A stretch of DNA of 64,000 bases from Plasmodiophora brassicae (Eukaryota): NCBI GenBank assembly GCA_036867785.1, contig CP145412.1, forward strand, positions 496,001-560,000, in the 5' to 3' direction. Both the position numbers and the translations under genes were made by a program. A model generated the notes under the pieces. It was given only the letters and a program-made list of their open reading frames with translations. It was not told where the DNA came from and searched no databases. Position 1 is the stretch's first letter, and every line of letters starts with the position of its first letter. Below are positions 10,573 through 21,534 of this stretch, one piece after another.

Positions 10573-10886
10573 GTATTCACCTGCCGCTGACGGCTGCGAA
10601 CGTAATATAATTAGGGTGATGGACGCTTCCCGACGCGGTGCTGGGCGCGACACGTCACCACCAGATGTTATCGGTAGTGTGCCAGGCAGATCAGGCAGCG
10701 CCCGGGGCGCGGTAGGTTGCCCTGAAGCGATCCGACCAGGTGGCGCGCAGCGTTGGCGGGCAACGCGTGTGGAGTGGGCGCCATCTGTGAGCACAACGAA
10801 GTACTGGCTTGCTGGCGCAACTGATAACAACCTGACGTGTGTCTGTGTAGTGGACTGATACGAAACGACCGGGGGAAGCGCGGGCG

Positions 10887-12307
10887 CTAGTACGTATCGA
10901 CGCGGACGTAGCTGGGGATCTTGCCGTTGGCGACGAGGCTGCTGGACGCGTTGAACGCCTTGAACGTGAGGCGGCTGTGGAACGCCTCCAGGTCCCGCCC
11001 GTTGCTGATGTTCGCCGGGCTCTGCATCTTGAAGAACGCGAACGTCACGTCGATAACGTGGTCCTTGGGGTGCAGATGGCCGGTCGTCCCCATACCAAAC
11101 AAGCTGACCTGCGCGATGCACGTGCTCTCGACCATGACGTCGATGTGGCCCTGGGCCTGCGTCGACATGACCTGCGGGACCATCAGCAGGACGTGCGCCT
11201 TTGGCGGCAACGCACGTCGTTCCGTCCGGGTCAGGTACCGATCGGCAGTGACCATTGTCGTCGAGTTCACCACCGTGGTGATCATCGTCGACCGCTGCAC
11301 CAGCGCCGACCCGTTCGCCAGCATCTGGACGCCCGTCGTTGCTGTGTTCGCCGACACCACAGACGGTGCCGACTGCGCCACGACCGGCTGCGATGCAGAT
11401 GGCGACGTGGCGGCAGGTGGTGTGCGCTTCCTCGCAGCGTCGTCGTCGTCTTCAACGGGCGTACGCTGCCAGCCGGACAGGTCACGTACGACGGTCAGGC
11501 TGTCGAACGACCCGGTGCCGTCAGTCAGGGTCAGGTTCGCCATGGACGCGTACGAAACGTTGGCATGCGTCGTCTGCCACCGGTAGCAGATGCGATCGGT
11601 GTTCACGTGGACGGCCCACTGACAAACAGTCAGACCACCGCTCAACGGGACGAACGCGCAGTCTGCTTACGAAGAGTGGGTCGTAGGCGGCGTAGTCGAG
11701 GTCGCCCACTGCGAGATGCAAGCGACGTTAGTGGAATTGCACGGGAATCCTACCCCACGAACGTACTGTCGCCGCCGATGCTGGTCTGTACCAGGCACTG
11801 AGCGTCTTCAAGAACGGACGAGAAGTCGCCGAAGGTGCCCCGTGACAGCGCCAGGGCCTCGGCGTCGGCGAGCTGCCCGGTCGGGAACTGGTTCATGATC
11901 CTCCGGGTCGTCGTCGTGCCAGCCGAGGCCGGCTTGCGGCCGCCCAGCAACGGGTTCGGCCAGACGTTGCCGCTCATGTCCGTGTAATTCAGGTCCAGGT
12001 AGGCCTGCGGGACCGGGTCACTGGCGCTGTCCCAGAAGGGCATCGTCGTCCCCAGGGCTTGCTCCATACGCGCCAGCGCCCGACGATTCCACACGAGGCC
12101 TGCGGCGGGCCCATCTGGGCTGAACGCGGCATGGTCACCCGCGATCTTCTCGAAGGCCCCGGTGGCGAGCGCCATCCGCATACGATCCCGGAACATGCAC
12201 AGCTGGTCGCCGGACATCTCGTTCACGTTCACGCGCGCGTGCATCGTCATCGCCGACGTCAGCGCGGCGCCAGCGCACACAATCGTCACGATCCGCCTCA
12301 TCATCAT
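10887..12307 (-). CDS. Secreted tyrosinase-like protein lacking 4 of 6 copper-binding histidines (probable pseudoenzyme)
   Basis: Signal peptide; tyrosinase scaffold PFWD, PNPL, GGD-M, YDPLF-WAVH-x-N-x-DR; C-terminal domain homologous to that of 21535-23423; two introns. Confidence 0.85.
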
Positions 12308-12528
12308 CACGCAGTCGTGTTGTTCGCGTGGCCTGCCCAGACGCAGATCGAATTCGTTGTGCCGAGGGGGAAGATACAGAGTGCAGCGACGGTGCGCTGC
12401 ACCGTGACGGCGTCAACTGCAGCTCGCCGCCCCGTGACGGTGTCAACTGCAGCTCGCTGCTGCGCGTGACGTCATGGCTGCATTCCCCACCACAAAAACC
12501 GCGCGACTGCACCAGCGGCTGCTGCCGG

Positions 12529-13373
12529 ATGATCCGGTCGCAGCGCCTCGTGCAGACGGTGCGGGTCAGCGATCGCCTGTCGGTCGGCGTCCTGAAGGTG
12601 CTTCGCGACAACTACGCGTACGTGGTGATCGGGGGCGGTGGACGGCACCGCGCCGTTGTGGATCCCGGCGATCGGATCGACCTGCAGCCGGCGCCGACCG
12701 CCATCTGGCTGACGCACCATCACGACGATCATGTCGGCGGCGTCGTCGATCTCGGACCCGATATCCCGGTGTGGGCCGCCTTCGCTGGACGCCACGTGCC
12801 GTTCCACGTCGAGCATTCCGTACGCGCGGGCCAGACGTTCGCATTCGGTAGTGACGAGGTCGGTCAAGCGACCAAATGCCAACGGGGTGAACCCCCCTAA
12901 CGCCCGCTAAGCGCTGCCGCTAGGTTCGCGTGATTGACGTGTCCGGGCACACGATGGACCACGTCGCGTATTACGTCCCCGGTGCCGTGTTCTGCGGCGA
13001 CGCCCTGTTCAGTATGGGCTGCGGGCGCGTGTTCGAAGGCAGGCCGGCGGATTCGATGGCGGCGCTCCAGCGCCTGGCCTCCCTGCCCGAGGACACGCTC
13101 GTCTTCTGCGGCCACGAGTACACGGATCGCAATGCAGAGTTCGCGATGACCGTCAATCCGACGAACGAAGCGCTGGCGGAGCGCATCAGTCAGGTTCGCG
13201 ACCTGCGGCGCAAGGGTCTGCCGACGATCCCGACGACGATCGCCATGGAGAAGGCCACGAACCCGTTCCTGCGCACATGGGATAATGAAATTCGAACCAG
13301 TCTGAAGCTGGGCAGCGAAGCCAGCGACCTCGCTGTGTTCACCGCCCTCAGAAAACGAAGGAACTGGTTCTAA
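12529..13373 (+). CDS. GLO2: Hydroxyacylglutathione hydrolase (glyoxalase II)
   Basis: DNYAY, THHHDDHVGG, GHT, FCGDALFSMGCG, CGHEYT and EKATNPFLR motifs; one intron at about 12859-12923. Confidence 0.93.
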
Positions 13374-13430
13374 CAATGTCACGTGTCACATTTACACCGG
13401 CAACGGACTCGTGTACGTCTCCATTTCAGG

Positions 13431-14505
13431 TTATCGTTTCCGTATCTCGACGATCTCGCGTATGTTTGACTGGCCATCTTCGAGGGTGGCGATCACGGCA
13501 CCGTGCAGAGCCCCATCCGCCTGATTCACCGTATCGAGGAACGCTTGAACGGAACCGCCCACCCCAAAGTAGTACCTGCAACGAGGTCAACACGGCGCGA
13601 CACTTATTCGCGCAAACGGAGACGCACGTCTTGGCGGCCACGAAGGCGATTCCGTCACGTTTCAAACAGCGGTCTATCATGCGCACGAGGCTCGGGTACG
13701 TGGCCGCTGAATACCTAACCGCACACGCAACCTAATGTCATTTCGTGCATCGGTGCACGTCGCGAGTGGATAGAACGTTACAAGGTGTCGCAGGAGAATA
13801 CCATGTCAAATTGGCCATCGGCACAGGCCGCACTGACAAGCCGGTCGTCGCGCCAGTCGCCAGCGAGGAAGCGCGCGCCGCGCAAACATCGGTTGGCCGA
13901 AGCATTCGGAATCGTCACGTGCTGCAGGACGGACGCATTGAGGTCCTACACGTTGCGTCAGCTGCCGCGCGATGCCACCACGAGGCGTTCCATCCGAACC
14001 TGGAACACAGCGCGAGCAGCTCCATGTGACAACGCGAATATGCCCGGGAGGCCATGGCCACACCCTAGGTCCATGACCTGCATGCCGGATAGGTCGACAG
14101 CATTGGCTTGCAGGTACTGCACTGCAGCAGCAGCAGCAGCAGCAATCAGAAAGGTGGCACTGTTCCTTGAATGGCAAGGCCAGCAAACCTACCGAGGTCC
14201 ACCGCGCACTCCCACAACTTGAACCCGCCTTCGTACACGTTTGGAAGCAGGTCAGACGCATGCAGCAGCGCCTTCAGCGATGCATACTCGTCGGATAATT
14301 GTCGCCTGTCAAAGACGGTCTGGCGAAACTCCCAGCTGGCAACTCGCACGACCTGCGACGGGGCAGACGTCGACGTCCTATTCGGCGGAGCGACCTCCTC
14401 GAAATGCGCCACGAAAGCGCCCGCCGCAGGACTGCCTTGCACGGCCTCTACTCGGTCGTCGTCGTCGGCGGCGTCACCGAACCCGAACCTGAACGATGAC
14501 GCCAT
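13431..14505 (-). CDS. METTL18: Histidine protein methyltransferase 1 homolog (multi-exon)
   Basis: SDLLPNVYEGGFKLWECAVDL, VMDLGCGHGLPG, AAK-x-YYFGVGG and SNIREIV motifs across the exons. Confidence 0.85.
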
Positions 14506-14706
14506 GCCGCACCGGCAGACTGCTGCGATCCGTCCTGCAGATTGCGTGGCGCGCGCGCCCTTGCGCACGCTATAAATAGAGGAGCGCGACCAGAACCCTG
14601 ACATGGTCGTGGGCAGCGCCCGGGGATGCGAGAGGTACGATGACAATATTATAGGTGGTAGGCAGCGGCGTTCACCAGCCTGCTCGAGGTACTGGAACAC
14701 CGGGGA

Positions 14707-17074
14707 TCAGGTCAGGTCGACGGCGGTGAAGGGCGACGTGTTGTTCCCGAGGGCGATGTCGTCCAGGAACGAGGTCGAATTGTGGAACGTGGTCCCGCCG
14801 AGCAGGAACTGGCAGTCCCTGTTGTCCTTGTTGATCTGGGCGATGCACGCCGCCTCTTCATACGTCGCACCGCCGACAATAAAAATGAACCTGCAGGGAC
14901 AGACGCTCAACATTGCCCATTTCGTGTCCAGTCAGGTCCACGCGACACCGTACACTTGTTTCGTCGAGTGCTCCAGTTGAGGATTGGAACCAGCGATGGG
15001 GAACTCCGTTGTCTTGAGGCGCCCTTTCCGGATAGCATCCGCTGTCCGCGCCAGGAGAGGGTCGTGCTGGGTAAATATGTTCTACGTTGCCTCGGGCGTC
15101 AGCAAAGCACTGGCAGTTGCCATACGCGCGCAGCAAACCTCGACACCCTTGATGCCGGATGACAGCAGATTCGTCGCCTTCGCAAATATGTCCTTGTTCA
15201 GGTACAGGTCTTGGGTACGCACAGAGCTTCCCGCGTATCGCAGAAGCTGACTGACGAGCGCCACACGGCTTCGGAACTGGTCGAGGAGTCAGTTTGCGAT
15301 CAACTGCGGCGGATGGTGTGGACGTATTAGATCACAGTTTCGTCGGTTGACCGGTCCCGAAGCAACGATAAGCATGTGGCGGTGTCGTTCTGCTCCTGCT
15401 CATACCGAAGCGCATACAGGCACACAATTCGAAGTTTGTCTTCGTCATGGAACTTGGGATCCTACGCGCAGCATGTAAGTAGACTATGCCACGGCCACCA
15501 GCAGCAATACCTTGATTGTGTCGAGAACACTTCGCAGGGCCTGCGTGTGAGAGTGCTCGCAGGACAAGGACTGCTGGATGGCAGACAGTTCCATTAAGTT
15601 CCGTTCCTCGACAATACGGGAAAGCTCAGACACGAGCCCAACATGTTTCGACACTGGAGGAACGGTTCAGACAGCCCATCCCCGTCTGGGCTGTGCTCAC
15701 GCGACATCGTTACCGCTGGTACTTTCGGCAAGGTACTCAGAGTAGTTCTCCACAAACCGCTGCATTGCTTCGATCGTATCAAGCTGACGGTCAGTCTTGG
15801 TCTTCTTCTGATATCCTTGAACCATCGCCCTGACGGCAACGCCCAGGTCTCCAAAGTTCAGAAGCGCACTTGATTTGTAGAAGGCGTCATCGTCGCCCAG
15901 GACAACTTCCTATATAACACGGATTCTCCGGATTCAAACAGGATACGATGCCACATGGACCTTCACGGTTACCTTCTTGCCGACCTTGCCCTGCTTGTCT
16001 TCTTTATCCCTGATAGAGAGGCGATTGTTGTGCATACCAATCACTTCGTGGAGAATTGATCTGAACAGTGAGTGCTTCAATTGTGCTCCACCAGCAATCT
16101 CATGGGCGCCCAACCGACCTGTAAGTCCACTGCATAAGCAGCGGCGTGACCGGATCCTCTCTCCGATCGAGAACCAATAGCAATGGGCGGACGTTCGAGT
16201 CGCTGCCAAACGAGAACAAATCCCGCTGCCCAGCCATCACCTGTTCGACCCTCTTCGCGATTCTATCGCATAACGGCGAAGATCCTAGGACAACGTTAGC
16301 TCTCATGCCTCCGGTCCTCCGACGAGGTCCCAATCAGTTCCTGACCTTGGTACCGGACGACAGGCCTTGTTTTCAGCGATAAAGCCAAGGATAGCAAGCT
16401 ATCGCATATCCGGTTAAATTTGGCGTTCTCAGCATCTCCCCAGCTGTCGCCAAACAGGCTGAACGTCAGCGGCATGTTCACAGAGAACAGATCGCTTCCG
16501 ATTGCGAAATAGTCTGCATAGTACTCATGAACCTGCGTGTACAGAGACGCACAAGGTTCAACGCAGAGACCCACCAGCTTGTCCTCACATGGGTACCTCT
16601 TTGACAAGGTCGTACGCGTCTGCTTCAGCCAGGTCGCGAAGCATCTCCCGTGGCAAGATGTTGCTGAAGACTACGACCAGGTCAGAAATATAACGCCGAG
16701 CGCACCTACGTCAACGACGCACAAAGGTGGAACTCTTGGTACTGGGGGTTCTTCAGCAGCCCTTTCAGCAGGCCGATATTGGGCATTGTCGGGCGGACAA
16801 ACACGACCGCCTTCAGATGCGACATCATCTCCTTCGATTTCGCATCAATCCTCTCGACAATGTAGACGCTGTTGTCCAGCGCCAGCGTCTGCGTATAGGC
16901 CAGGCCGACGATGCCGCTCTGCCCGCCCACCCCCGCGTGTCAGCGCCGCCATCGACGACGCCCAAACCCGCCGATTACCGTCTCCTGGTCCAATATGAGC
17001 GATTTCATGCCCTTGACGGACGGCAGCGACACCATGCGCTTGACGTAGTCGGCGACGGCATCGGTCAGCGTCAT
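14707..17074 (-). CDS. VPS45: Sec1/Munc18 family protein Vps45 (many short introns)
   Basis: GMKSLILDQET, MSHLKAVVFVRPT, VHEYYADY, LLLVLDRREDPVTPLLMQWTY, FIVGGATYEEA and LGGTTFHNS. Confidence 0.93.
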
Positions 17075-17286
17075 GGCCGTCGCCCGTTGTGGTCGTCTCC
17101 TGAACAAAATATAGTCCGCGCGGGCACCGCTTCTCCCCATCGCCGTGTTGTATATTATACTCCAGATGGGGCTGCACTACCTACATAGGCAGTCGATCCA
17201 CCCGATACGAGGGGGTGTCCTCGTCCGCACCGATGCCCGGGTAGTGTGGCGAGCAGTGTATATGAGATCGCCAGATGTGCGCGCCC

Positions 17287-19281
17287 CTATACGTCAGGTT
17301 TAATGGGGAACGCTTCATCGGACCCTCGCTTGCGTGGCGTTATCGATCCGGGGTGCGATCCCCTGTCTGCTGTTACTGTCTCACCAGTGAGGCCTGCCTC
17401 CGCTGCGATGCGCTCACCGCTGCTCTGCGCCGGAACAGCAACGTGGTCGTCGTCGGGGAAGGGTGCAATGCAGGCGGTGGGCTCGAGCGTGGCACGTCGG
17501 AACAGGTGCTTCAGGAGGTCGGGAGGACCGGCAGCCGCAGTCCCATCCCGTGCTGACGGAGGCAGCGCTTCGATGTACGCCGCCCATGACACCCAGTTGA
17601 TGTCGTTCGACGTGTACAGCGGATGGTTCGCCTTCAGGGCGTGGCTCCTGGCGCGGATAACGTCGGCCGGTGGGTGCCCATCAGGAGGCCGATCCCCAAG
17701 TCTGCCAACGCCACCGAGCAGGTCGTGTTCGAACGTCGACCACGACATCCAGCTGAAGTCGTCTGCTGTGATATCCCGGCGACCGAGCCGATCAGACTGA
17801 TTCGCCGATGGCGGTGGGGATTCGTCTCGTGAGACGACAGGGTGAGGTCCGGGATCAGAGGGAGGTGGCCGACAACGGTCGTCACTCTGCAGGGTCGCTT
17901 TGAACCTGGCGAACGACAGCGCCGAGTCCACGGCGAGCGAGTACCGGAAGACGGTGACAACCGCCCTGTGCATACCCGTCCGACCAGCCGACAACCTCTT
18001 GCTGAGGGTGCTTGGCGACAGACCCTCGTCGCCGCGCGCCGGTGTCACCAGGACGAACTTATCGATATCGTCCCGAGTCGCCGGACGCGGCGCCCACGAC
18101 ATCCGACGGTCGTGGTCCACGACCACCTCGTGCCTGATGTAGCGCGCCGCTATGGACCAGACCAGCGCCACCGGATCGTGTACGTTCTGGCGGACGGCCA
18201 CGCCGAACGTCGACGACGCCTTGTGCTGGCCCTTGTAGTCGCAAACGCGAACAGTGAATCGAAGCATCCGATCGCGCGCGGGCACGCCGGCGCGACGTGC
18301 AAGGCCAGGTCGTGGCGACGGCGACCCGCAGGCATTGTCGACGTCCGCGTTCGCGTTGATGAGCTCCTCGCAGGCTCTGTCGAAGACGTCCTTCGACGTG
18401 ATCGATGTCGAATACCGGTAGATGGTCAGGTTCACGGCACGCTCATCCTGCTCTCGCAGGACGACCATGGACGACGCGAGGCGCGACAGCAGGCAGGGTG
18501 CGCCGCCGACCGGATCGTAGATCGTGACGAACCTGTCCAGGTCGGCGGCGCTCGGCTCGTCGTCGCCCCATTCCATGGACCCGTCGTCATGGACGACGAT
18601 CTCGCGAACGACGTACTCCCTCGATTTGGCCCGGACCTGGGCCAGGAGATCGTCGGCGCCGGCGTACTCCACGTGCCAGGACGCCTGCGCCACCGCCTTG
18701 CCTTTCTTGAAGTCGCGTACATGAATATGGAATCGCAGCGTCGAGGTGCGGACGGCCAGCCCCAGCAGGCGACCCGATTCGCGAAGGTCGCGGGTGACGC
18801 GCGCGTACACGTCAGCGGTGCGGACGGCGCGCGAGTACCGGAAGACGTTCATGCGGAACGACGGGCGCGTTTCGTTCCGGAGGACGGGCGCCAGCAGCAG
18901 CTGAGAAGGGCTGTAGAACCGGTACGAACGATGGGCGTCCCAGAACGTCACGAACCTGTCGATGTCGCCTTCGTTGAGGTCGGCGGCCGGGCGCCACGTT
19001 AGCGTGGCGTCCCTGTCGTCGACGGCCGCCTCGCCGACGACGTCCTGCAGGGCTTTCGCCCAGAGCTTCGACAGCAGGTCCCGCAGGTCGGCGTACTGTA
19101 TAACGAGCCAGGTGTCGGCCGGCGGCGACGCCCGCTGGCTGACGAAATCGCGGGCAATGACCGTGACGCGAAGCGACTTCGGCGCCGGAGCGCCCCCACG
19201 TGGCCCTCCGTCATCGTCGTCATCCGTCGGACGCGGCGGCGTGGCGCGGTCGCGCGACGAATTGCGCGCGACGTCCAGCAT
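17287..19281 (-). CDS. Hypothetical protein with three copies of an unrecognised ~110-aa domain plus a C-terminal INWxxWAxxI...PP.LL..LF module
   Basis: Long intronless ORF with strong coding-like codon use and visible internal repeats. Confidence 0.8.
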   Translation of the reverse strand: MLDVARNSSRDRATPPRPTDDDDDGGPRGGAPAPKSLRVTVIARDFVSQRASPPADTWLVIQYADLRDLLSKLWAKALQDVVGEAAVDDRDATLTWRPAADLNEGDIDRFVTFWDAHRSYRFYSPSQLLLAPVLRNETRPSFRMNVFRYSRAVRTADVYARVTRDLRESGRLLGLAVRTSTLRFHIHVRDFKKGKAVAQASWHVEYAGADDLLAQVRAKSREYVVREIVVHDDGSMEWGDDEPSAADLDRFVTIYDPVGGAPCLLSRLASSMVVLREQDERAVNLTIYRYSTSITSKDVFDRACEELINANADVDNACGSPSPRPGLARRAGVPARDRMLRFTVRVCDYKGQHKASSTFGVAVRQNVHDPVALVWSIAARYIRHEVVVDHDRRMSWAPRPATRDDIDKFVLVTPARGDEGLSPSTLSKRLSAGRTGMHRAVVTVFRYSLAVDSALSFARFKATLQSDDRCRPPPSDPGPHPVVSRDESPPPSANQSDRLGRRDITADDFSWMSWSTFEHDLLGGVGRLGDRPPDGHPPADVIRARSHALKANHPLYTSNDINWVSWAAYIEALPPSARDGTAAAGPPDLLKHLFRRATLEPTACIAPFPDDDHVAVPAQSSGERIAAEAGLTGETVTADRGSHPGSITPRKRGSDEAFPIKPDV

Positions 19282-21168
19282 TGGTACTATGCAGGGGACG
19301 CGGCCGCACAGCACCCGCCGGCGTCGACCTGTTCCCCGTGCAACTGGTCACACAGCGCTGGGGCTTGGGCGCGCGGAGACACCGCTGTGTGTGCAGGTCA
19401 ATATCGGTTGATTGGGGGGCCAGCGGCAACCCGAAACGAAGGTGTGCCTCGACCGTTTCGTTGTATTGCGGGGTCAGCGCCTCAGCGGTGGACCAGCCCA
19501 ACGGAAGTCCCGACCTCTGGGCGCTCTGAACGTCACAGCAGAACGCGGTGCCCGCCTGGATTTGACCCTTGTAGTCGCGAGGTCGAACGGTGGAACGGAC
19601 CACATACGTCGGCGGTGATCGCGATGCGGTGCGGCACGAGGAGAACCGCCATCACCGACGATGCTGCGACCCCTGGGGTTTCTGCAAAGAGAAGTGCGGT
19701 AACGGGTGGTTCGTGAGACATAATAAACTCTGCTGTGGCGTGTTCTGCAGGACGAGGGTGTCCGCACAAAGTCGAGCAAGGCGCGTTGCCGGTGCCGGCA
19801 AGGGATTCACGCCGCACGTTTACGTATCGCAGAGACAGGTGGAACTTTCCGTGCTTAAGATTCCTTGTCGACCAGGGCACGGGTGAACTCCCCATCGTTG
19901 TCGGCGTTCTGCTCGTCAAGACATTTGAGCATTACGCCGGCAACGATGAGGAGTTCATCCATGCCTGGTCAACAAGATAGGTTAAACACGGAAAGGCCCA
20001 CATGTCTATCTGTCTCCCCCGGAATCACCACGCGTCATCGATCGCGTCAACGGCAGAAGCCAGGACGGGCAAGCACAGCGAACAAATGAGGATGGGTTTA
20101 TGTACAAATGGATGCTAACTGGACAGGGGACAGGGTGGACGTGTGACACGACGACGGACGGTCTCCATGCCGACTGTTGCGATGACGCACCGACATGGGA
20201 AGAGCGCTCAGCAGCTGATCGCCTTCAGAGACCCAGTGCGCTTGAGTGCCTAGACGGGCGAGGTCCCCCTGTGGGGCGCCTTCTGGGTTAGTGACGATCG
20301 CCCTACTCAGGCACAGACACCGTCAGACAACGAACGCACATCAGTCCTGCAATTGCATACGGAGACGTCGCCTGAATCGGCAGAAGCAGAGGTCCAGCTG
20401 CGTCCTGGGTTTGCAATCCGGCACCGATCTGCGATGCGATAGGTATCAGCAACCGAGCGCGCGCGCACCCCCATCACAGCTAGCTGGACTTGCCGGTCCA
20501 GGCGTGCCCGTGTCGTCGCGCGCACCCGACTGTGAGTCCTTGGACGATGCGCTCGCCTAATGCAACGTCGTTCCCACGTCAGACGTACGGGTCGGAACCG
20601 ACATCGGCTCGCCGCCTATCATACCGCCTCTGACGTTGCTGTCGGGTTCTCTTCCGTTGCCTGGTCCGCAATGAAACGTCAGCATTGGAGATCTGTTGCA
20701 TCGCCTGGTGCTGCCGTACCTGAAGGTAGGAGACCGCCAGCGTCAGTTTCTGCTGACGAGACAGGCCGCCCGCAGGATCCCGGCGAGTCATCAGCGCGAT
20801 CAGCGAGGCGCGCGGGTCGCCAGCTGTACTGCTCTGGTCGGGGCACTTCCCACCGACGGTAACTTGGGCGCTGTCCCCAGCCCTGTTCGAATCAGATCGT
20901 CAGGGCCCTCCAGGCGGCAGGCGACGTCCTGCGTACCGGTGCGATTTGGACTGGGCTTGTGACGATCGTCGCGATCGCGACACCCACCGACGGACTGGAA
21001 CAGAGAGGTCAGCGGTCACCTGTCAGTACGGGCACCGTTGCCGGGACGGACGTACGCGCTGCCCCTGCGCCGAACCGAGCACGTAGCGTCGACCAGAACC
21101 CCATGCCGCCACCGAGCAAACGCGCGTCCACGAACTGACCGACCTGCAACTCAACTGGGCCGGCGTAA

Positions 21169-21252
21169 CGTACCCTGGGATCGACCGATCGAATCTAGGT
21201 ACGGTACGGGACAGTACGTACCTAGACTCGGTCGGTCGACCACAGGGGTACG
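21169..21252. repeat. Imperfect inverted repeat/hairpin (about 35-bp stem, 13-nt loop)
   Basis: CGTACCCTGGGATCGACCGATCGAATCTAGGTACG pairs with CGTACCTAGACTCGGTCGGTCGACCACAGGGGTACG. Confidence 0.8.
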
Positions 21253-21534
21253 CTTGTCGATCCCTACCAGACAGGTATGTACCGTATCTAACCTGGATAT
21301 CTGGGTCCTCGCCGGAGGATGGCTTAGTCGCTGCGAATCATCGCTGCTGAATAGCCATGCATCTCGTCCTCCCGAGGAAGCCCAATGCAAGTTGCGAATG
21401 AACGAACAGCGGCCACGACGATTCATCTTGTGACCCGTTGACATGCGGCCCGATGCTGCAAGGGATCCCACTACGTCCCGGGAGGCTCTTGCCCCGACGT
21501 TCGGCAAAGGGATTGTAATATTAACTTGGATGGT

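Noticed and set aside
12402-12461. 30-bp tandem duplication read as a glyoxalase II N-terminal extension
   Set aside because: It lies upstream of the first ATG, in the divergent promoter; treated as a minor non-coding duplication.
20579-20960. Possible bHLH-like gene (LSRQQKLTLAVSYLQ) on the minus strand
   Set aside because: The resemblance is short and I could not build a convincing gene model or find an upstream basic region.
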